DNA from: Candidatus Auribacterota bacterium
Lineage (GTDB): Bacteria > Auribacterota > UBA6266
Assembly: GCA_023136205.1 (NCBI GenBank)
Contig: JAGLRQ010000053.1
Coordinates: 1-11,631 of the forward strand
Direction: 5' to 3'
Length of the DNA: 11,631 bases
Position 1 is the first letter of the stretch. Each line of letters begins with the position of its first letter. Below the pieces are notes generated by a model that saw nothing but the letters and a program-made list of their open reading frames with translations, was not told where the DNA came from and ran no database searches. This document shows positions 6,947 through 11,631 of this stretch, one piece after another. Both the position numbers and the translations under genes were made by a program.

Positions 6947-7444
6947 ATGAAAAAGCTTATAATTACATTAGTCCTGGGTGCCGCTTTTTGCGGCACCTGC
7001 CTCTTCCCTGAAGATGTTCTGGGAGACGAAAAATTATTCTCATCGAATTGCGTTATAGTTGAGGGAGGGAAGATAAGAGTTGTTGGTACGGGGAAGCCTC
7101 CGGTATCTTCGTATTATGGGAAATCTCAAAAGAGGCTTATGGCTCGCCGGGCGGCGATCATTGACGCTTATAGGAATCTTGCCCGAACCCTTGCTGGTTT
7201 TTCAGGTAGGGCTATAAAGTCTGGCAACATAAAATCAAATGGATATATAGTTGACGCGAGATGCGTAGAAACAAGATATTACAAAGACGGAACGGTTCAG
7301 ATTATTCTGGAAATGCCTGGAATTAGTAAAAAAAGAGTTTGCAAAAGAGAGGGCATAAAGGTTTATAATGATGAATTGGTTTCAATCGATAGAAAAACTT
7401 TTGCAGTAAGTGAACAGGAATGGTTAGGAATGAAACCCAAGTAG
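6947..7444 (+). CDS. exported FlgP/LPP20-like protein, single module
   Basis: The start lies 4 nt after the previous stop. Signal-like N-terminus MKKLIITLVLGAAFCGTC. The lead-in strand IRVVGTGKPP is followed by KRLMARRAAIIDAYRNLARTLAG. This matches the helix signature (RLMA-RAA-lDAYR-LAE) I recall from Vibrio FlgP and the LPP20 lipoprotein family. Confidence 0.6.
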   Translation: MKKLIITLVLGAAFCGTCLFPEDVLGDEKLFSSNCVIVEGGKIRVVGTGKPPVSSYYGKSQKRLMARRAAIIDAYRNLARTLAGFSGRAIKSGNIKSNGYIVDARCVETRYYKDGTVQIILEMPGISKKRVCKREGIKVYNDELVSIDRKTFAVSEQEWLGMKPK

Positions 7445-7531
7445 GGTCATGGGTCAAGGGTGAGGAGAAATTTGTATTCCCCAGAACCTAAAACCCACAA
7501 CCAATGACCCATGGTAAGGAAGGAGGATGAA

Positions 7532-8836
7532 ATGTTAAGGAAATTAGGAGTACTGGTTTTGATGGCGAGTTTGAGTATGCCTCTGGTTTGTATGCCGGTT
7601 TATGCTACAGCCAAAGGTCAGCAGAAGCTTATGGCGGAAAGAGCGGCGAAGGTTGATGCCTATAGAAATCTTGCTGAAAGGGTGAAAGGGCTTAGAATAG
7701 ACGCTAACACCTATGTCAGGGATTTTGTCGCGGAAAGCGACCAGATTAATACATCATTTGATCATTTTATAAAAGGCGCTGCCATTGTTCCGGGAAGCGA
7801 TAGATGGGATGGTGAAGTTTACACTTTAAGAGCCAGGCTTACGTTAGAACAGGTAGTTAAATTTATTAAAACATACTACAAGAAAACAAGGTTTCTTTTT
7901 TGGACGCATACAAAAATTCAGCAGATAGAGACTTACAATAAGGAGTATAAGGTGATAGAGGTTGAAGGTTCGGGGACGATCAGAACCGCTGATCCTTCTG
8001 AGAATTTACAGACTAAACCTGCTAGGATTACCGATGGGATACCCGGCTGGGAAGGAGTTACAGCTCGTGGCAGGTTGATGGCTGAAAGAGCTGCAAAGGT
8101 TGATGCGTATAGAAATCTTGCTGAAAAGGTTAAAGGAGTAAGAATCACTTCAAGTACTTATGTCAGAGACTTTGTGGCGGAGAATGATCAGATAAATACT
8201 GCACTGGACACGTATATAAAAGGCATTCGTTTGTCAGGCCCGTACAGATATTTGCCTGACGGAATAGCTGAATGTGATGTTGAAGTAACTATAGTGGATG
8301 TAATAAAAGAAGTTCATGAAATATGGAAACGGTTTGAAAGAAGAGGCTATAGATTTAGAAAAGTAAGGTGGAAGAAAGTAAGGTGGGAAGAGGTTGTAAC
8401 TCAGCAGAATATTCGCGTGATAAGAGCGACTGGTTCCGGTGTTCCTCCGGAGAAATATATAGAAAAGGGGCCTGTGTCTCAGGCCCCTTCCCAGGCTGTT
8501 TCTGCGCCTTCCTGGGCTTCTCAGGCTGTGTCAGCCAAAGGTTATGGGGTTCCGAGGGAAGGTGAGGCCGGAACCGTTGCAAAGCTTAATGCGGGTAGGG
8601 CGGCTGAGGTAGACGCAAGAAGAAATCTTGCTGAGATTATTTATGGAGTAAAAATTGACGCGAATACAACTGTCAGGGATTTTGCTGTTCAAAATGACCA
8701 GGTGAATGCGAAAGTCAAAACTTTTATGGCAGGTGCTAAAGTAAGCGATCCTCTTTTTCTTGAGGATGGAAGCGTTGAGGTAACAGTTTCGATTTTATTG
8801 CGGGGTTTATGGGATTCCATAAAAAAAAGCAGGTAA
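7532..8836 (+). CDS. exported protein with three tandem FlgP/LPP20-like modules
   Basis: I prefer the ATG at 7532, 5 nt after AGGAGG (7521-7526), over the track start at 7511. Signal MLRKLGVLVLMASLSMPLVCMPVYA|TA. The three modules begin LMAERAAKVDAYRNLAERVKGLRIDANTYVRDFVAESDQINT, LMAERAAKVDAYRNLAEKVKGVRITSSTYVRDFVAENDQINT and LNAGRAAEVDARRNLAEIIYGVKIDANTTVRDFAVQNDQVNA. A basic RKVRWKKVRW repeat and an SQA-rich linker lie between modules 2 and 3. Confidence 0.65.
   Translation: MLRKLGVLVLMASLSMPLVCMPVYATAKGQQKLMAERAAKVDAYRNLAERVKGLRIDANTYVRDFVAESDQINTSFDHFIKGAAIVPGSDRWDGEVYTLRARLTLEQVVKFIKTYYKKTRFLFWTHTKIQQIETYNKEYKVIEVEGSGTIRTADPSENLQTKPARITDGIPGWEGVTARGRLMAERAAKVDAYRNLAEKVKGVRITSSTYVRDFVAENDQINTALDTYIKGIRLSGPYRYLPDGIAECDVEVTIVDVIKEVHEIWKRFERRGYRFRKVRWKKVRWEEVVTQQNIRVIRATGSGVPPEKYIEKGPVSQAPSQAVSAPSWASQAVSAKGYGVPREGEAGTVAKLNAGRAAEVDARRNLAEIIYGVKIDANTTVRDFAVQNDQVNAKVKTFMAGAKVSDPLFLEDGSVEVTVSILLRGLWDSIKKSR
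7631..8200 (+). repeat. Intragenic duplication (modules 1 and 2 of the triple-module gene)
   Basis: Hand alignment of 7631-7753 with 8078-8200 gives 94/123 identical nucleotides and 36/42 identical residues. A third, more diverged copy starts near 8585. A separate 15-bp tandem (aaagtaaggtgg at 8360-8371 and 8375-8386) encodes KVRW-KKVRW. Confidence 0.8.
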
Positions 8837-8892
8837 AATAAATTGATGTCTTTGGCTGGTAAATACAATTGGTTTAGAAAGAGAGGGATCCA

Positions 8893-9018
8893 ATGAAAAA
8901 GGCTGTAATTTTAATAGTTTTGTTTTCTGTCATTTCAATTGTAATTGTGGGATGTACCGAAAAGTATGTTGTTACCGAAAGGACCGTGGTTGAAACAAGA
9001 GAAGTTGTTGTAGAATAG
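8893..9018 (+). CDS. 41-aa lipoprotein, below the ORF-track length cut-off
   Basis: My own translation: MKKAVILIVLFSVISIVIVGCTEKYVVTERTVVETREVVVE*. SD GAGGG (8883-8887) lies 5 nt before the ATG. It has a textbook n/h-region and lipobox IVG|C. The stop is 11 nt before the next gene's ATG, whose SD GGGGAGG overlaps that stop. The 21-aa mature peptide is an alternating Val/Thr/Glu/Arg beta-strand-like sequence. Confidence 0.6.
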   Translation: MKKAVILIVLFSVISIVIVGCTEKYVVTERTVVETREVVVE

Positions 9019-9029
9019 GGGAGGTTGAA

Positions 9030-10163
9030 ATGAAACGGTTAATATTATTATTTTTCGTTTGTATATTTGTAACAACTTGCGTTTTTGCTCAGATGGAAAC
9101 TACTATAGTGGCGAAGGGCATGGCTGCCGTAAGGGGGGTCGGCCCGGATGCTGTTCTCAGCGCGAGAGATGAGGCGATTAACCGTGCTTTAAGGAATGCT
9201 GTGGAACAAGCGGTGGGCAGCCTTATTGATTCTGAAACTATGGTCCAGAATTTTCAGCTGCTGGATGACCAGGTTTATTCAGAGGTAAAAGGATATGTAA
9301 AGAGTTATGAGATTGTAGATGATAATAATGGTGAAGGGGGGATTTATCAAACAAGGGTTAAAGCTGTTGTTTTACTGGGTACCCTAAGAAAGAACCTTAA
9401 AGCTTTTAATATAGTCAAGGAAAAGCTTAACAAACCCAGAATCATGATTGTTTTTTCTGAGACCGTAGATGGCCTTGAGCAACCCGGACAAACGGTTCAA
9501 ACCGGAATGGAAAAGAGTTTTTTGAACAACGATTTTAAACTGATAGATAAAGCTCAAATGGAAGCCGTGAAATTACGGGATGCTGCTGTTTACTATGAAA
9601 ATCCTACAGAAGCAGTTGCTCTTGGCAGGAGGTTCGGAGCTGAGGTTATTGTAGTTGGACAGGTCTCTTCCGATTTAGTTGATTCCAGCTGGCCGTATGG
9701 CGTTTGTGTCTTTGCCTATGAAGCGCAGGCCACCGCAAAAGCTATTGATGTTGATTCTGCCCAGGTTATAGTTTCAGACGGTGCCAGTGCCCAGGCAAGG
9801 GCCGGAGGAAGAGTCCCTTCGGCGCGCAAAGCAGCCAAGGAAGCAGGCGTGAAGCTGGCAGGGAAAATGATGGACCAAATAGTTGAAAACTGGAGAACCA
9901 AAGTTTACAATACAATGGATATTCAGATTGTCGGCTTTAATGCTGACGCCGATAACCGCCTTGCTTTTGAGAAGGCACTTGAGCAGGTCAGGGGCGTAAG
10001 AAGTGTAAACGAAAGAAGTTTTTCAAGGGATGTAGTGATTATAGATGTAACAATTGACGGGGCATTGTATAAAGGTTTTGAAGAGATAATAAATACCCTT
10101 CCTGATGTTGATGTAAAAATTAAGGGAAAAACTCAAAACAGGATAGATTTAGATTTTTTATAA
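9030..10163 (+). CDS. exported FlgT-like multidomain protein: LPP20/FlgT_N-like head, TolB-N/CsgG-like alpha/beta domain and a C-terminal domain
   Basis: Signal MKRLILLFFVCIFVTTCVFA|QM. The N-domain reads IVAKGMAAVRGVGPDAVLSARDEAINRALRNAVEQAVGSLIDSETMVQNF...YQTRVKAVV, which fits the pattern x-G-x-A...AR-xA-xxAL-xxA-xQ-xG I associate with FlgT_N/LPP20. The middle region (PRIMIVFSE...FKLIDKAQ...GAEVIVVGQV) resembles the CsgG/LpoB/TolB-N type fold. The family call is by eye only. Confidence 0.45.
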   Translation: MKRLILLFFVCIFVTTCVFAQMETTIVAKGMAAVRGVGPDAVLSARDEAINRALRNAVEQAVGSLIDSETMVQNFQLLDDQVYSEVKGYVKSYEIVDDNNGEGGIYQTRVKAVVLLGTLRKNLKAFNIVKEKLNKPRIMIVFSETVDGLEQPGQTVQTGMEKSFLNNDFKLIDKAQMEAVKLRDAAVYYENPTEAVALGRRFGAEVIVVGQVSSDLVDSSWPYGVCVFAYEAQATAKAIDVDSAQVIVSDGASAQARAGGRVPSARKAAKEAGVKLAGKMMDQIVENWRTKVYNTMDIQIVGFNADADNRLAFEKALEQVRGVRSVNERSFSRDVVIIDVTIDGALYKGFEEIINTLPDVDVKIKGKTQNRIDLDFL

Positions 10164-10242
10164 GATTGTAACACTTTTACATTGAGTGGTGTATTATCTG
10201 TATATAATTTGTGGTGTGCTAAGAACTTACAGGGGTATTAAG

Positions 10243-11298
10243 ATGCTTTTTATGAAAAGATGGTTTTTTATAGTGGGCATGTCTTTTTTGATTATTGCTG
10301 TTGTCGGCCTTGATGGTACTGCTGCCGCGAGGAGAAGAACATCTTACGATAGAAAAGAAAGGCCGGCCCGAAAAAAGAAGAAAAAGAAAGTTGTCCAGCA
10401 GATGGTGCTTCCTCCTATTGTTGGGCCGAGAAAGACTATAGCGGTTGCCGATTTCGAGAACAAGGCAGGTGCTCAAGCGCGGTGGAATCTCGGAAACGGT
10501 ATGGCAGAAATGCTTACCACTTCCCTGGTAAACACGAACAGATTTATTGTTGTTGAACGCCAGAATATCCGGGGTATTATTCAGGAACAGGATTTTTCTG
10601 TAAGCGGCAGAACAATTAATGTCGGGGCCCCTGAGATAGGGCGCCTTTTAAATGCTCAGATTCTTGTAAGCGGAGCCATAACAGAATTTTCACAGCGTTT
10701 TTTTGATTCTGGAAGCCTTTTTCAATATAAAGGTGTTTCTCTGGGGGTGAAATCAGCCACTGCTCATGTAGCCCTTAATATAAGGATGTATGATACTACT
10801 GCCGGTGAAGTAATTGCCTCTAAGCGTGTTGAAGGCAAGGGGAATGTTTCCGGCCTTAGTATCGGCTATTCTGAAAGTGATTGGGGGGTTGATTTTGATA
10901 ACTTTAAAGCATCTCCACTTGGTAAGGTAACTCAACAAGCGATTGACGAAGCGGTCTATTATATCTGTTTGGAGATGCAGAAGGTTTCATGGCAGGGTAC
11001 TGTTGTTACTATCAAAGGCGGTAAAATATATCTTAATTGCGGCGCGAATTCCAATGTTAAAGCCGGTGATGAATTTGAGGTTTACAGAAAGGGCGAGGAG
11101 CTTATTGATCCTGATTCAGGGCTGTCTCTTGGTTTTGAGACAAAAAAAATAGGATTGGTTAAGGTTTTCGAAGTTGAAGATAAGTTTTCGCTTGCAGATT
11201 CTGTTTCGGGCGGAAAATTTGAGAGGGGAGATATAATTAAATTTATTCCACCACCACCGGTTCCATTGCCCGAGGAGGGTACAGTAATATCTCAATAG
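10243..11298 (+). CDS. CsgG-family outer-membrane channel-like protein with a polybasic N-terminal linker and an extra C-terminal domain
   Basis: It aligns by eye to E. coli CsgG block by block: KTIAVADFENKAG...GNGMAEMLTTSLVNTNRFIVVERQNIRGIIQEQ matches KIFVSVYNIQDETGQ...ATAMLVTALKDSRWFIPLERQGLQNLLNER, ILVSGAITEF matches IMVEGSIIGY, and HVALNIRMYDTTAGEVIAS matches QIAVNLRVVNVSTGEILSS. I prefer the ATG at 10243, 7 nt after AGGGG, to the GTG at 10186. There is no Cys after the hydrophobic segment, so it is not a canonical lipoprotein. A RRR...RKKKKKK tract spans 10324-10389. The C-terminal ~100 aa (GKIYLNCGANSNVKAGDEFEVYRKGEELIDPDSG...GDIIKF) end in PPPPVPLPEE. Confidence 0.75.
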   Translation: MLFMKRWFFIVGMSFLIIAVVGLDGTAAARRRTSYDRKERPARKKKKKKVVQQMVLPPIVGPRKTIAVADFENKAGAQARWNLGNGMAEMLTTSLVNTNRFIVVERQNIRGIIQEQDFSVSGRTINVGAPEIGRLLNAQILVSGAITEFSQRFFDSGSLFQYKGVSLGVKSATAHVALNIRMYDTTAGEVIASKRVEGKGNVSGLSIGYSESDWGVDFDNFKASPLGKVTQQAIDEAVYYICLEMQKVSWQGTVVTIKGGKIYLNCGANSNVKAGDEFEVYRKGEELIDPDSGLSLGFETKKIGLVKVFEVEDKFSLADSVSGGKFERGDIIKFIPPPPVPLPEEGTVISQ

Positions 11299-11301
11299 GG
11301 A

Positions 11302-11383
11302 AAATCACAAATTCCAAATCCAAAGTTACAATGACCGAAACACTTGTTCCTATTTGTGATTTGTTGTTTGTAAATTGTGATTT
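11302..11383. repeat. Three copies of an 11-nt motif (one inverted, two direct) between the two CsgG-like genes
   Basis: aaatcacaaat (11302-11312) is the exact reverse complement of atttgtgattt (11352-11362). A third copy, aattgtgattt (11373-11383), has one mismatch and ends 7 nt before the SD GGAGG (11391-11395). Confidence 0.6.
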
Positions 11384-11401
11384 CTAAAGGGGAGGGTTTT
11401 T

Positions 11402-11631
11402 ATGAAAGGGTTTTTATCATGTATATTTGTTTGGGTTTTTGTTCTTTTGGTTTCTTATGCCGGTGCCGGCATAAAAAAAACCATAGCAGTTTCTGATTTC
11501 GAAAACAAAGCGGGGTTCAGTTCCGAATGGAATCTTGGCAGCGGCATGGCAGAAATGGTTACCACTTCCCTTACCAATTCGGGTAGTTTTATTGTCGTGG
11601 AAAGGCAGAATATTCAGGGTATCCTTCAGGA
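11402..11631 (+). CDS. second CsgG-family paralogue, 5' partial; continues past the right edge
   Basis: Absent from the ORF track because no stop is reached. SD GGAGG lies 6 nt upstream. My translation: MKGFLSCIFVWVFVLLVSYAGAGIKKTIAVSDFENKAGFSSEWNLGSGMAEMVTTSLTNSGSFIVVERQNIQGILQ. It is collinear with residues ~65-130 of the preceding gene but lacks the polybasic linker. Confidence 0.75.
   Translation, partial: MKGFLSCIFVWVFVLLVSYAGAGIKKTIAVSDFENKAGFSSEWNLGSGMAEMVTTSLTNSGSFIVVERQNIQGILQ

Noticed and set aside
7511-7531. Upstream in-frame starts given by the ORF track: ATG 7511 for the triple-module gene, GTG 10186 for the first CsgG-like gene and TTG 6266 for the bEBP.
   Set aside because: In each case a downstream ATG (7532, 10243, 6260) has a properly spaced SD. 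For the exported proteins it also places the hydrophobic signal at the true N-terminus. The extensions (MVRKEDE, MVYYLYIICGVLRTYRGIK) would bury or distort the signal peptide.
8846-8896. 16-codon micro-ORF (MSLAGKYNWFRKRGIQ*) whose TGA overlaps the ATG of the mini-lipoprotein (ATGA).
   Set aside because: It has no convincing SD, only AGGT 11 nt upstream. It has no signal or other feature, and such short ORFs arise by chance in a 56-nt spacer. It cannot be supported from sequence alone.
10369-10392. Purine tract cgaaaaaagaagaaaaagaaag as a slipped-strand phase-variation switch.
   Set aside because: The longest uninterrupted A run is 6 nt and the tract is broken by G. It simply encodes RKKKKKK. 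It is too short for efficient slippage, though it is worth checking in population data.
1-11631. CRISPR arrays, transposases or IS ends, integrases, toxin-antitoxin pairs, restriction-modification or other defence genes.
   Set aside because: I scanned both strands and found no regularly spaced direct repeats, no terminal inverted repeats flanking a transposase-like ORF, and no nuclease, methylase or ATPase signatures outside the bEBP AAA+ domain.

Overview
AT-rich bacterial chromosomal window, roughly 40% GC by eye; I cannot assign a taxon. It falls into two parts.

Left half (1-4682) is housekeeping. It holds the 3' end of a tRNA-Arg(TCT) and a UDP-GlcNAc precursor cluster. That cluster has a GlmM-type phosphohexomutase and a divergent 'alternative GlmU'-like left-handed beta-helix protein on the + strand. 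glmS converges on the - strand and overlaps the GlmU-like gene by 14 bp.

Right half is the interesting part. A GAF-AAA+-HTH sigma54 enhancer-binding protein (4758-6260, -) is transcribed divergently from a near-consensus -24/-12 sigma54 promoter (6498-6513). That promoter sits directly in front of a co-directional run of at least seven exported proteins (6544 to beyond 11631):
- a Tyr/Arg-rich tandem-repeat secreted protein
- a single-module FlgP/LPP20-like protein
- a protein with three FlgP/LPP20-like modules
- a 41-aa lipoprotein missing from the ORF track
- a FlgT-like multidomain protein
- two tandem CsgG-family paralogues, the second truncated by the window end

No flagellar, ATPase or enzymatic gene accompanies them here. 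I read this as a candidate sigma54-controlled, non-flagellar outer-envelope ring/channel system with a possible fibre or adhesin cargo.

All family calls rest on motif recognition by eye. No HMM or BLAST search was possible, so the functional model is inference.
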